A DNA stretch of 58,184 nucleotides. It comes from a virus. Lineage: Duplodnaviria > Caudoviricetes. The stretch covers positions 1 to 58,184 of the IMG/VR virus record IMGVR_UViG_3300025862_000141; one strand, given 5' to 3'. Positions 35,590-45,090 of this stretch are shown in pieces. The stretch's first letter is position 1, and the number at the start of each line of letters is the position of its first letter. The notes under the pieces were generated by a model. The model did not search any database, was not told the DNA's origin, and saw nothing but the letters and a program-made list of their open reading frames with translations. The position numbers and the translations under genes are program-made.

Positions 35590-36256
35590 AGGTTATAATT
35601 TTGAGCGAGAAATTGAGGTTTGGCTTTGTGAAATTTTTGACTTAGATATCAAATCAGATTTTACGTTAAGGCCATTTAGAACGGCATCGTCGGGAGCAAT
35701 CAGTAGTTGTAAAGGGGATATCCGGACGCACCAAGTTCCTTGGCTAGAGTCATTAACTTTTGAGGCTAAACACCTTAACCAATGGACTAAGAAAAAAGGT
35801 GCAGTATTTCATCTTTACGTGGACTGGGTGCACAAACTTAAAGAAGAAGCGCGGAGCCCGAATTCAATTCCAATTTTTACATGGGCATTTAAAGGTGTAC
35901 GGACTAATCGTGGGCAGGGACGTATTCAAATGGCGGTGCCGCGAAAGAACTTTGATGAATGGTCGCGTGTTGTCGGCATTGGATACATTGTTAAAAATGA
36001 TGTGATTCGGTACAACGACAAACGCCGAAAACACTTTCTTATTTATCATGACGAATTATGGAAACACGCCAAACTTGGAGGTGTTACAGTATTCCCTTTT
36101 TCTCTTCCCTGTAGTCAACAGGACCATGAACCATGGGTTGTAGTATCCCGTCTGCATTTAGAACAAATATTTATAGCTATGCGCAATGAATGGAAAATTA
36201 AGACAAATTCAGAACTAACACTATTCTTACCTTTTATGGAGGAAGAACTTGGGTAA
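35579..36256 (+). CDS. Holliday-junction-resolvase-like PD-(D/E)XK nuclease
   Basis: GGAGG then ATG 35579; RGYNFERE...RTASSGA...KGDI...FEAKH. Confidence 0.7.
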   Translation: MSRRGYNFEREIEVWLCEIFDLDIKSDFTLRPFRTASSGAISSCKGDIRTHQVPWLESLTFEAKHLNQWTKKKGAVFHLYVDWVHKLKEEARSPNSIPIFTWAFKGVRTNRGQGRIQMAVPRKNFDEWSRVVGIGYIVKNDVIRYNDKRRKHFLIYHDELWKHAKLGGVTVFPFSLPCSQQDHEPWVVVSRLHLEQIFIAMRNEWKIKTNSELTLFLPFMEEELG

Positions 36257-36788
36257 GAAGCGGAACCATATTGTTATTGGTCTTACAGGCGTAAATTACG
36301 ATGTAAAAGAAACGTTAGCCAAATCTTTACAATCGCAATTGGCGCGATTGTTACGTAAGCCTATGCATATCATTAACTATATTAACGATGCCAAGAACAC
36401 AGAAAATGGCGTTGATATGAAGCGTGTGTTTACTTGGGAAAGTGATTACTTGGCTCTTGATAATGCAGTTAAAGGACAATCCAATATTGTCTGCCAATCT
36501 ATTATTGATCGAGTAGCCATAGCGAATCTAGCCAAATTGCCTATGGACGTTTATTTTTCAAGAGTATTAGCGGGCCATGTTCGGGAATATGATTTGTTGG
36601 TGTACTGTCCACCTAAAGTACAGGTATGGGATGATTCTACTACATATGAATCCAAATTGGATAACGCGATTTGTCAGGTTATTTCAGATAATGGTTTTCA
36701 TGCTCAAGTGATTATTGGTGATGTTCGACAACAATGTGACATTGTGTTGAGTGCGTTACGGTTTCGATTGGGAAAAACTATTGTGTAG
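36249..36788 (+). CDS. Degenerate P-loop nucleotide-kinase-like protein
   Basis: IVIGLTG....KETLAKSL, IIDR and YDLLVYCPP; the Walker A Gly-Lys is altered. Confidence 0.45.
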   Translation: MGKKRNHIVIGLTGVNYDVKETLAKSLQSQLARLLRKPMHIINYINDAKNTENGVDMKRVFTWESDYLALDNAVKGQSNIVCQSIIDRVAIANLAKLPMDVYFSRVLAGHVREYDLLVYCPPKVQVWDDSTTYESKLDNAICQVISDNGFHAQVIIGDVRQQCDIVLSALRFRLGKTIV

Positions 36789-36797
36789 GGGGTCACG

Positions 36798-37364
36798 TTG
36801 GATTGTTTGACTATTTCAGTTTCAGCACTGCCACAAATTGATCGAGGTTGGTACGTTCTCTGGGCACCTACGGGCTTTGGCGGAAGTAGTGTCCGTTGGG
36901 TCGAAGTTGAATGTGCGCTTAAAGAAGTGGATGAAGAGGGACGGGTATGGTATCCGCTGTATGCCCAAACCACTAATGGAAAAACGAGCATGTACCCATT
37001 TTATCCTAACTACATGTTTATTTATTGTCAATGGGGGAATAGTGTGGAAAACGTTGTCCTTGCCAGTGTTCCTATTACAGTGTTGTTCTTGAAAGATGAA
37101 GATATTAATAGACCGCACCGGTTGTCTGAAGAAGAAATATTGGATGTTCGTGCTGAAGTCGAACGACAGTTGTCTGTTATGGGAACACAAGCGTCTCCGT
37201 TGGGATTCAATATTGGTGATATGGCGCGAGTCGTTCGTGGGTTGTATGTTGGACGAACAGGTAAGATTTTAGCGTTTGATCACGGACGTGTCGTTATTGA
37301 ATTGATCATGTTCAACCGTGAGATGGGAATTCCGTTTGATGCAAAAGATTTGCAGATTTTATAA
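36798..37364 (+). CDS. NusG-family transcription antiterminator (NGN plus KOW)
   Basis: WYVLW, PFYPNYMFI, LSEEEI; KOW FNIGD.ARVVRGLYVGRTGKI; IELIMFNRE. Confidence 0.8.
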   Translation: MDCLTISVSALPQIDRGWYVLWAPTGFGGSSVRWVEVECALKEVDEEGRVWYPLYAQTTNGKTSMYPFYPNYMFIYCQWGNSVENVVLASVPITVLFLKDEDINRPHRLSEEEILDVRAEVERQLSVMGTQASPLGFNIGDMARVVRGLYVGRTGKILAFDHGRVVIELIMFNREMGIPFDAKDLQIL

Positions 37365-37371
37365 GGAGAGT

Positions 37372-37542
37372 ATGATGAAGAGAGTGATTGATTTTATCTG
37401 TGGTATTTGCGCAATGGTATCGGTGTTATTTTTGTTTTTTTTCTTTATGTATGTGACACATGGTACAGGTATTTTGTTTTTGTTATTTGGGTGGGCAGTT
37501 TTTCACGGGGTAAAAGTTCTTTGTGATTGGGCAAAGCCATGA
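37372..37542 (+). CDS. Small membrane protein
   Basis: AAGGAG then ATG; two hydrophobic segments. Confidence 0.5.
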   Translation: MMKRVIDFICGICAMVSVLFLFFFFMYVTHGTGILFLLFGWAVFHGVKVLCDWAKP

Positions 37543-38738
37543 ACGGTGATGAATTGTTAACAAGTATTTGTCTTTGTACACACGTAAAAAATCCTAAACG
37601 ACTTTCTGATTTAACAAAGGTATATACAAGTTTGTTGGCTACGTTGGCAGAGTCTGCTGAGGTTATTATTGTTGATGATTGTTCGATCTTGCGCCCACAA
37701 GTTGAAATCCTGACCCGTACGTTTATTGATGCTATGGCCCTAGCCCATCCTGATATTCCAGTTAAATTTGTGATGAATGAAACGAATTTGGGACATCCGC
37801 GATCACAGAATTTGAGTATGGACCTTGCTAAGGGGGGGGTACTCGTTCACATAGAGGATGATATTTTTTTACAGCATGTTGGATGGAATCGTGTGTTTGC
37901 GCGATGTTTAGCCGACCATCCCGAAGTTGGACAAGTGCTTCCAAACGGATCTGGGCGCGGGGAATGGATACCGCGATCAGGCTATGACGAGTTTATGTGG
38001 GGTATTGGAGGATTGTTTGCGATTAGGCGTGACGTGTTTGAAAAAGTTGGGGGATGGGAGGAAGATTTAGTTCATCAGATTGAACCGTCATATAACTTTT
38101 TAGTGCGCATGGCAGGTTGGAGGTTGGCACAGATCAAGGATTTCCCTATGATCCATCTTGGTGAAGGCGACGAAGCCGATACCTTTGAACGACAAGCTCT
38201 TATCCATGTGGGCGTATACAACTTTTTGAAGAAATGGAATCGAAGGTTCTTTGGAACTTTTGCTTATAGTTCTGTGTGGACTCAAAGTATGGATGATTTC
38301 CCGATCAACGTAGCCTTTCGTCGGCAATTGGCCGCTTGGTACGTTGCGCAAGCGTACGAGTGTGATCGGGTATTAGCAGACACGTCTTTGAATTTGAGTG
38401 ATGTGCAGAAGACTAATATAAAGATGGCTCGTGATGATTTTATGAGATGTCGAATGAACGAGAATCCAGAAATTTTTATTTATCCGACCCACTATGGGAA
38501 ATTTGAAAAGGTGAACTTGATTCGTCAACCTGGTCGTGAACGAGAAGATGAGTTGATTGAGAAGATGCGTAACAATTTTGTGTTTGGTAATTCATCAGAA
38601 TTGCATCAACAAATATTTGATTTGGCCAAACGTATGGGCAAGGATATGACGCATGAGCAAGTTTCTGCCTACCTTGTTGGCAAAGAGCACGAATATGTTT
38701 GGGAAGCTGAGACGACGTTAGTTGGAGAAAACCAATGA
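37539..38738 (+). CDS. GT2-like glycosyltransferase
   Basis: EVIIVDDCS, NETNLG, HIEDD and AIRRDVFEKVGGW motifs. Confidence 0.85.
   Translation: MNGDELLTSICLCTHVKNPKRLSDLTKVYTSLLATLAESAEVIIVDDCSILRPQVEILTRTFIDAMALAHPDIPVKFVMNETNLGHPRSQNLSMDLAKGGVLVHIEDDIFLQHVGWNRVFARCLADHPEVGQVLPNGSGRGEWIPRSGYDEFMWGIGGLFAIRRDVFEKVGGWEEDLVHQIEPSYNFLVRMAGWRLAQIKDFPMIHLGEGDEADTFERQALIHVGVYNFLKKWNRRFFGTFAYSSVWTQSMDDFPINVAFRRQLAAWYVAQAYECDRVLADTSLNLSDVQKTNIKMARDDFMRCRMNENPEIFIYPTHYGKFEKVNLIRQPGREREDELIEKMRNNFVFGNSSELHQQIFDLAKRMGKDMTHEQVSAYLVGKEHEYVWEAETTLVGENQ
38301..38341 (+). repeat. 41-bp exact repeat, copy 1
   Basis: CCGATCAACGTAGCCTTTCGTCGGCAATTGGCCGCTTGGTA, identical at 39503-39543. Confidence 0.95.
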
Positions 38739-39844
38739 AAACTGCGATCTGTATGGCAACGTGTGTGCGTAGCCAGAAGCGTTTATATGATCTGGGTCGT
38801 GTGCTTCATAGTCTTGCCGACAATTTAGTGGCACCTGCTGATGTGGTTATTGTTGATGATTGTTCGTTGTTGCTAACTCAGGTAGTGGGTATGGTGACAG
38901 GGTTTGCCGATGATTTGAAGAAACGGAATTCAACAATCAATGTGATTTTTACCCGTAATGAAACGAACTTAAAGGCATCTGCTACTTTTAATAAGGCTAT
39001 GCAGATAGCTTTGGCTCAGATTGTTAAACCAGATATAGTCGTTCATTTTGAGGACGATATTTTGGTCAACCACCTAGGTTGGAACCAGGTTTTTGCAAAG
39101 TTCTTAGCCGACCATGGCGAGGTGGGATTGGTGTTGCCAAGAGGATCTGGTCGTTGTGAATGGATACCGCGCGGAACATATAACGAGTATCCATGGGGTA
39201 TCGGAGGATTGTTTGCTATTCGACGTGAAGTGTTTGAGAAGTTAGGATCGAACTTTTGGGACCCTGTACTTACATCGCAACATGAAGTGGACGGAGCGTT
39301 ACGTGTACGTATGGCTGGTTGGCGTGTTGGTGAAATAGCTGACTTTACTATGGACCATCTTGGCGAAGGTGATTTGACGGAGACATTTGAATATCACGTT
39401 CAGCAACATATTGGTGTATATAATTTTTTAAAGAAATGGAACCGTCGGTTCTTTGGAACGGTTTCGTATCGAGACATATGGCTCATGAGTTTTGAAGATT
39501 TTCCGATCAACGTAGCCTTTCGTCGGCAATTGGCCGCTTGGTATGTGACTCAGGGCAATGAGACGTGCCGAATGAACAAGAACCCAGAGCCTTTTAAGTA
39601 TCCCGGGCATTACGGAAATTTTGAAGTGGTGACATTACTTCGGTCACCAGGACGTGAACGTGAAAGTGAATTGATTAGGAAGATGGGCGAAAATTTTGTG
39701 TTTAACGACGATCCTTATTTGCATACACATATAAAAAACTTAGCTATTCGTATGGGTAAATATACGACTGACGCGGACATAACGGAAATGATTCGGGGAC
39801 GAGAGTGGGAATATAACTGGAAAGCTAAGGTGGAGACTATATGA
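38735..39844 (+). CDS. GT2-like glycosyltransferase, paralog of 37539-38738
   Basis: VVIVDDCS, NETNL, HFEDD and AIRREVFEKLG; colinear with the upstream gene. Confidence 0.85.
   Translation: MKTAICMATCVRSQKRLYDLGRVLHSLADNLVAPADVVIVDDCSLLLTQVVGMVTGFADDLKKRNSTINVIFTRNETNLKASATFNKAMQIALAQIVKPDIVVHFEDDILVNHLGWNQVFAKFLADHGEVGLVLPRGSGRCEWIPRGTYNEYPWGIGGLFAIRREVFEKLGSNFWDPVLTSQHEVDGALRVRMAGWRVGEIADFTMDHLGEGDLTETFEYHVQQHIGVYNFLKKWNRRFFGTVSYRDIWLMSFEDFPINVAFRRQLAAWYVTQGNETCRMNKNPEPFKYPGHYGNFEVVTLLRSPGRERESELIRKMGENFVFNDDPYLHTHIKNLAIRMGKYTTDADITEMIRGREWEYNWKAKVETI
39503..39543 (+). repeat. 41-bp exact repeat, copy 2
   Basis: Identical to 38301-38341. Confidence 0.95.
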
Positions 39845-40818
39845 TCAGTGGGAAGACGATATTAATCAGTGGTGGGACAGGAACCTTTGGTCAAGCGTTT
39901 ATGCGTTATGCTTTGAGTCAGGGAGCTAAACAGGTACGCATCTTTTCACGGGACGAGTTGAAGCAGTCAGAGATGGAAGCTAAGGTTAAAGATCTAAGGG
40001 TTAAATATATCTGTGGTGATGTTAGGGACTTATCCAGTATCACCCATGCTTGCCGTGGGGCTGATATTGTGGTTCACGCTGCTGCTATGAAGCGGTTGGA
40101 GACGTGTGAGCGTGAGCCGCAGGAAGCCGTCAAGACGAATGTTATGGGTAGCATCAACGTGATTAATGCGTGTTTGGAAACGGGGGTAAAACATGCCATT
40201 GCCTTGTCTTCTGACAAAGCCGTGTACCCTGTAAATACCTATGGGAAGACTAAGGCTTTGATGGAGAGCGTTTGGATTCAATCTAACGCGGGTCTTGGTC
40301 AAGAACACGCAACTAAGTTCAGTATTGTTCGTTATGGCAACGTTTTAGGTTCTCGTGGGTCAGTCGCTGACATCTTTCGTAAACAAGCGGATGAAGGTGT
40401 GATGCGCGTTACGAATCCAATCATGACCCGTTTCTTTATGCCTGTGGAGTATGCAACAGAACTGGTAGCCTTTGCTCTTGAGAATCAGCAGGGCGGTGAG
40501 ATATATGTTCCTGTTCTAAAGGCTACGTCCATAGCGACGTTGGCAACTGTAATTGGGAAAGGAGTACGGGTTGAGATCACAGGGTCACGCCCTGGTGAGA
40601 AGGTTCATGAGGATCTGATAACGGAAAAAGAAATGGCTTATGCATCATTGGTCAAGGGGATTGTTATTGTTGACCCTGAATATTGTATCTGGCCGTACAA
40701 TTTCGCTGAACGTAAACCATTTGAATTTCGTTCTCGAAGCTATGACGCTAAGAAACTCACGGATAATGAAATCAATGATTTGATTACGGTTGCCCATAAG
40801 GCGCGAGCTGGTCTATGA
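39841..40818 (+). CDS. UDP-GlcNAc 4,6-dehydratase (PseB/FlaA1/CapD-like)
   Basis: GGTGTFG, FSRDELKQ, HAAAMK, LSSDKA..P.N.YGKTK, VRYGNVLGSRGSV, MTRF and RPGEKVHE motifs. Confidence 0.92.
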   Translation: MISGKTILISGGTGTFGQAFMRYALSQGAKQVRIFSRDELKQSEMEAKVKDLRVKYICGDVRDLSSITHACRGADIVVHAAAMKRLETCEREPQEAVKTNVMGSINVINACLETGVKHAIALSSDKAVYPVNTYGKTKALMESVWIQSNAGLGQEHATKFSIVRYGNVLGSRGSVADIFRKQADEGVMRVTNPIMTRFFMPVEYATELVAFALENQQGGEIYVPVLKATSIATLATVIGKGVRVEITGSRPGEKVHEDLITEKEMAYASLVKGIVIVDPEYCIWPYNFAERKPFEFRSRSYDAKKLTDNEINDLITVAHKARAGL

Positions 40819-41669
40819 AAGTTCTCGTTACGGGCAGTAGAGGACTTCTTGGTAGTCATCTCGTTAAAGTGTTGACACAGTTGAGGCATGATGTTATTGG
40901 TGTGACTCACGACGACATTGATTTGGTGACACAACCTGTTAAAGTAATACGGATTTTGTCAGAGCATCGACCTGATGTTGTTATTAATTGTGTTGGTTGG
41001 GCTAATGTGGATGCGTGTCAAGAAGATCCTAATAAGGCATGGCTAGTGAATGCGGAGTCTGTTGTTGAATTAGCACGACTGACGTATGCCATGAATATAC
41101 GCTTGATTCATATTTCAACAGACCAAGTATTTGATGGTAAACAAGGGTACTGTGCCGAACATGCCGTACCGTGTCCAGTAAATGTTTATGGATGGAGCAA
41201 GGTTGGTGGCGAACGCATATGTTTAAAAGAGAACCCCGATGCTACGGTTATCCGAACTAGTTTCTATGGCTGGGCACCAGACGGGCATACCCCGACATTT
41301 GCGGATTGGTTGTATACCAGTCTTCGTGATAAGAAACCTATCCAATTATTCGACGATTCTTATTTCAGTGCGTTAGAAGTTTATTATCTTGCCGAGGCAC
41401 TCGAAAAAGTTATTCAGAAACCTATGCATGGGATTCTTAACATTGTTAGTAACGAACTTTTTTCTAAAGCTCAGTTTGGAAAGAGCATGGCTGATGTGTT
41501 TGGTTTGAGTATGGATGCGGTAACAATTGGTCAATCAGAGTATGTACCCTTGCGAGTTAAACGTCCATATGAATTGTCGTTGTCTATTGGTAAGTTTTAT
41601 TGGGCATTTGGGTATAAACCCGCAGGGTTGTTGGCTGGGTTACATCGTTTGAAGAAGGAGAAAAAATGA
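40815..41669 (+). CDS. RmlD-like NDP-4-keto-6-deoxyhexose reductase
   Basis: VTGSRGLLG, PDVVINC..ANVDAC, HISTDQVFDG and PVNVYGWSK motifs. Confidence 0.9.
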   Translation: MKVLVTGSRGLLGSHLVKVLTQLRHDVIGVTHDDIDLVTQPVKVIRILSEHRPDVVINCVGWANVDACQEDPNKAWLVNAESVVELARLTYAMNIRLIHISTDQVFDGKQGYCAEHAVPCPVNVYGWSKVGGERICLKENPDATVIRTSFYGWAPDGHTPTFADWLYTSLRDKKPIQLFDDSYFSALEVYYLAEALEKVIQKPMHGILNIVSNELFSKAQFGKSMADVFGLSMDAVTIGQSEYVPLRVKRPYELSLSIGKFYWAFGYKPAGLLAGLHRLKKEKK

Positions 41670-42721
41670 CCACAGCAATAGTTACTTTTGCTTATGATCG
41701 ACCTGATTTGCTTGAACGTATGTTGACCTGTGTCACAAAAGAATATCCATCTGGTGTGGATTACTTGTTTGTGTTTGGTGATGGACCCACGAATCCTGAT
41801 GTTATTCCAATGGTTCAAAAGTGTTTGCAGTTACCAATGGCAGACGCTACTGGTATAGGAGTTGAGATAGACAAAAACTATTTTGTAGAAGGAGCTTGTT
41901 TAATTAAGCATGCCCATGTGGGTATAGCCAATGGTACCAATACTATTATGGATATAGCCGCAGAGACGGACGGAGTTGACGTTATCATTCGTATGGATGG
42001 CGACGTACAGATATTAAAAGCGGGTTGGGCAAACACCATGGCCGAATTCATGTGCAAACATCCAGAAATAGGCATTCTAGCCCCTGATTTGCCTGGACGA
42101 TACATGCGCATTCATAGAGACGGTTATGACGAAGTAGAGTACGTTTTGGGTGCTGTGATGGCGATTCGTACCGAGGTTTATAACCAATTAGTTGATTATG
42201 ATGGTGAATTCTTTGATACGAGTCTGCATCACCAGTGGGATCCTGATGTTTGTTTAAGAACCAGGATGCTCGGCTACCGTATTGGGGTATTACCCGTAGG
42301 CGAATTTGTGGATCTTGGTGTTGGTACAGGCGATAGTTCAAACTCGGTCAGTACATCGTTGGGAGGGTTTGAGTTCCTATGTAAGTGGAACCGCAAATTC
42401 TTGGGGAACCATTACCGATATAAATCCCCATACATGTTACGCCCAGATGAATTTCCTCTGAACTATTTATGGCGGCGGGAATGGTTGGCACAGTTTCCGT
42501 ACAATGAGCGGCCGCGTGTAGATACGATTCAAGATCATAAGTTTGAAATGATTGAGGTACCAATAACGCCAAGCAAGTGGTTGTTGCCGCAGACGCGTGA
42601 TGGGTTACGAATACAGGCAAGGTATAACGGAATTGACCGGTTTGAGAAAGTAGATCCTGAATTACTTACGGGTAAGCGAGGATGGAGTATTGGAGATCTG
42701 AAGCGACAGGAGAACGTATGA
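41666..42721 (+). CDS. GT2-like glycosyltransferase, distant paralog
   Basis: AYDRPDLL, FGDG, RMDGD, DVCLR; shares the F..KWNRKF.G...DEFP.N C-terminal motif. Confidence 0.78.
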   Translation: MTTAIVTFAYDRPDLLERMLTCVTKEYPSGVDYLFVFGDGPTNPDVIPMVQKCLQLPMADATGIGVEIDKNYFVEGACLIKHAHVGIANGTNTIMDIAAETDGVDVIIRMDGDVQILKAGWANTMAEFMCKHPEIGILAPDLPGRYMRIHRDGYDEVEYVLGAVMAIRTEVYNQLVDYDGEFFDTSLHHQWDPDVCLRTRMLGYRIGVLPVGEFVDLGVGTGDSSNSVSTSLGGFEFLCKWNRKFLGNHYRYKSPYMLRPDEFPLNYLWRREWLAQFPYNERPRVDTIQDHKFEMIEVPITPSKWLLPQTRDGLRIQARYNGIDRFEKVDPELLTGKRGWSIGDLKRQENV

Positions 42722-43215
42722 TTGATGATATTGAGTTACGAGCTTGGGATGAACGCAAAAAGATAATGCATTATGATTTTCAGTTCATGAGTTCTATTGT
42801 TGATAATAGTTCTGATAATGGTAGTAATTGGATATGTTTTGTTTCTGATAAGCATCGCCTTGATGCCAAGCCACACCCATTTGAAGATCCATTCTTTCGG
42901 AAACAGTTAAAGGTTATGCGTGGTATTGGGCGTAAAGATAAAAATGGGAAGACCATTTATGATCAGGACATTGTGTGTGACAAGGACGGTGATATTCTGT
43001 TGGTTGAATGGAAGGATAGCAATGTTCTTCCTTGTTGGCATATGCGCCTTTTGCAATTGTCTGGTCAAACCGCTGAACGTGTCAGTGCAATGCATAACCC
43101 ACCTATTATTTCTACATTAGGGTTTGATCAGGTAGTTGTGATTACGAATACGTTTGAGACGCCGCACCCCTATCCTGATTTGGTTGGTCAAATTAAGGAG
43201 CGTATCCATGGCTGA
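42718..43215 (+). CDS. Second YopX-family protein
   Basis: IELRAWD...GRKDKNGKTIYDQDIV...VITNTFETP. Confidence 0.8.
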   Translation: MIDDIELRAWDERKKIMHYDFQFMSSIVDNSSDNGSNWICFVSDKHRLDAKPHPFEDPFFRKQLKVMRGIGRKDKNGKTIYDQDIVCDKDGDILLVEWKDSNVLPCWHMRLLQLSGQTAERVSAMHNPPIISTLGFDQVVVITNTFETPHPYPDLVGQIKERIHG

Positions 43216-43435
43216 ACAAGCGATTCCAGCAAAGAATATGGCGGAGTGGTTGCATCAGATTAAAGGAAAAACGGTTTCTCTGCTTGTGAACGGACCACTT
43301 GGTGAGGACGGGATGAACGAAGTTACGGGCACCGTTGATTGGGTAGGTACCGATGCACTTATTCTCATTGACCCAGATGGCGAGAGGTTATACCCGTTTG
43401 CAAACATTTTAGAATTGACTGTCTTACACAATTAG
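43208..43435 (+). CDS. Small Sm/Hfq-like-fold protein
   Basis: AAGGAG then ATG 43208; L..IKGKTVSL...VTGTV..VG.DALIL...LYPFANI pattern. Confidence 0.45.
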   Translation: MAEQAIPAKNMAEWLHQIKGKTVSLLVNGPLGEDGMNEVTGTVDWVGTDALILIDPDGERLYPFANILELTVLHN

Positions 43436-43444
43436 GAGAATAAT

Positions 43445-44338
43445 ATGAGCCCAGAAATTTCGATTGCAGTCGTAACGTATCGTGACCTTGTTTCAACGCG
43501 GGAGTTTATTAATAGTGTTCGTGCAACCGTTATGGAACCGTATGAGATTGTCATGGTAGACAATGGTAGTCCTGCGGATGTCGCGGCATATCTTGACGCA
43601 GAGGCAAAGCGTGATCAAAATTTTATTGTTGTGCGTAATAAATCAAATTTAGGTATCGGTGTTGGTATGAATATGGCAATGCGTCGATGCAAAACAAATT
43701 ATATTTTTCGTTGTGATAGCGACATTGTTATTCAGACTCCTTATTGGACTAAGTTTATGCGTGAGATGGCAGATGAACATCCTGAAGTTGGTGCCATAGG
43801 TACAGCGATTACAGGTGGACGGCTCATTAAGCGCGAGGGATATACGGAAACTGATATCTGTCTGAGCAATTGTATGTTGATTCCACGCAGAACAATTATT
43901 GCTGTTGATCAGAAAATGAAAGCAGAACTATCCCGTGTTCGTGCGACTATTGCAACGAAGATAGCGAATGATCCTGCGAAGTATGTAGATTACTTTAAGC
44001 ATCTTGGTGAGATGCTTGACTATATGAGCAACGATGGTGGGTATTGGACACGAGCTATGTTCTATGGTGCAGATGATTTTTTCTATTCCATGATTGTTCG
44101 GTATGCTGAACTACGAATAACTCGTGATGAACGTGTGCATGTCTATCACAAAGATGCTAGTTTGTCACCTGATAATCCAGCGGGACGGGATATGGATCGT
44201 GACCGCAAGGTGCGTGAAGGCTTTCAATTCTGGCGGACATTTTTTGAGATTCTATGTGATGACTATTTTACTGGTCCTTTGGATTATGGGTCTTGGAAGA
44301 TGAACAAAGTTTATGGGCAAGAAGGGAATGGATTGTAA
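43445..44338 (+). CDS. GT2-family glycosyltransferase
   Basis: ISIAVVTY, YEIVMVDNGS, NLGIGVGMN, RCDSD and YGADD motifs. Confidence 0.9.
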   Translation: MSPEISIAVVTYRDLVSTREFINSVRATVMEPYEIVMVDNGSPADVAAYLDAEAKRDQNFIVVRNKSNLGIGVGMNMAMRRCKTNYIFRCDSDIVIQTPYWTKFMREMADEHPEVGAIGTAITGGRLIKREGYTETDICLSNCMLIPRRTIIAVDQKMKAELSRVRATIATKIANDPAKYVDYFKHLGEMLDYMSNDGGYWTRAMFYGADDFFYSMIVRYAELRITRDERVHVYHKDASLSPDNPAGRDMDRDRKVREGFQFWRTFFEILCDDYFTGPLDYGSWKMNKVYGQEGNGL

Positions 44339-45090
44339 TGCCTAAAAAGGGAGCACATACAGGGAGTATGGTGCCCTGTCTTCAGTGTAATACCCCTACG
44401 TATAGGCAGATTTATAGAGCCAAGGTGAGTGATCGTGTATTTTGTAATAGGCCTTGCTACATGCTTTATCGGCGAATACATCAACAGGGTAGAGCATATC
44501 TTACGGAAGAGAATCCATTCAAAGGGAAAAAACATTCTGACCAGACTAAAGATCATGTAGGCAAATTAGCTAAAGATAGACAGGCATTTTTTGGATCTGC
44601 TAGTAAAGGACGACCACGATTGGATATGGTTGGTGATCTTAATCCTGTACGACGATTATCTTTAGAACAAGAATCGGCGAGACGTTTGGCAATGCGTTTG
44701 GCTAAACGTAAGAGTAATATCGTTATCACTAATCAAGATTATATTGCGCGAGCGTTCGGTCCAACTTGGGCTTCGTTAAAGAAAATTGTTCTTTTGCGAG
44801 ATAATTATCAATGTGGTGCCTGTAGTAAGAAAGACTGTAGACTTGAGGTTCATCATATTTTGCCACGAAAGGTAGCATATTACGAAATAGAAAATTGTCT
44901 TATTACTTTGTGTTCATCTTGTCATAGACAACTTGAAAGTTTGACACGTAAATATATTAATCAATCTAATCAATGGTGGAATAATTGTATACATGACTCG
45001 GTTACATTGTTGGCCGTAGGTTTACGAATGTGTGTAGTTGCTCCTTTTATTGAAAGTAAGAAAAGTACATTTGTGGACTGTAATGGCTAA
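44338..45090 (+). CDS. HNH endonuclease with NUMOD3-like and zinc-finger modules
   Basis: TAATG overlap; CLQC..FCNRPC, NPFKGKKHS, LRDNYQCGAC...LEVHHI...LITLCSSCH. Confidence 0.85.
   Translation: MPKKGAHTGSMVPCLQCNTPTYRQIYRAKVSDRVFCNRPCYMLYRRIHQQGRAYLTEENPFKGKKHSDQTKDHVGKLAKDRQAFFGSASKGRPRLDMVGDLNPVRRLSLEQESARRLAMRLAKRKSNIVITNQDYIARAFGPTWASLKKIVLLRDNYQCGACSKKDCRLEVHHILPRKVAYYEIENCLITLCSSCHRQLESLTRKYINQSNQWWNNCIHDSVTLLAVGLRMCVVAPFIESKKSTFVDCNG

Noticed and set aside
38301-39543. Diversity-generating retroelement TR/VR pair (also considered for the 30-bp array)
   Set aside because: No reverse transcriptase in the window, the shared tract is only 41 bp, and differences are not adenine-specific.
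15515-43215. Duplicated YopX and ABA-sandwich genes as a special system
   Set aside because: Both families commonly occur in multiple diverged copies in phages.
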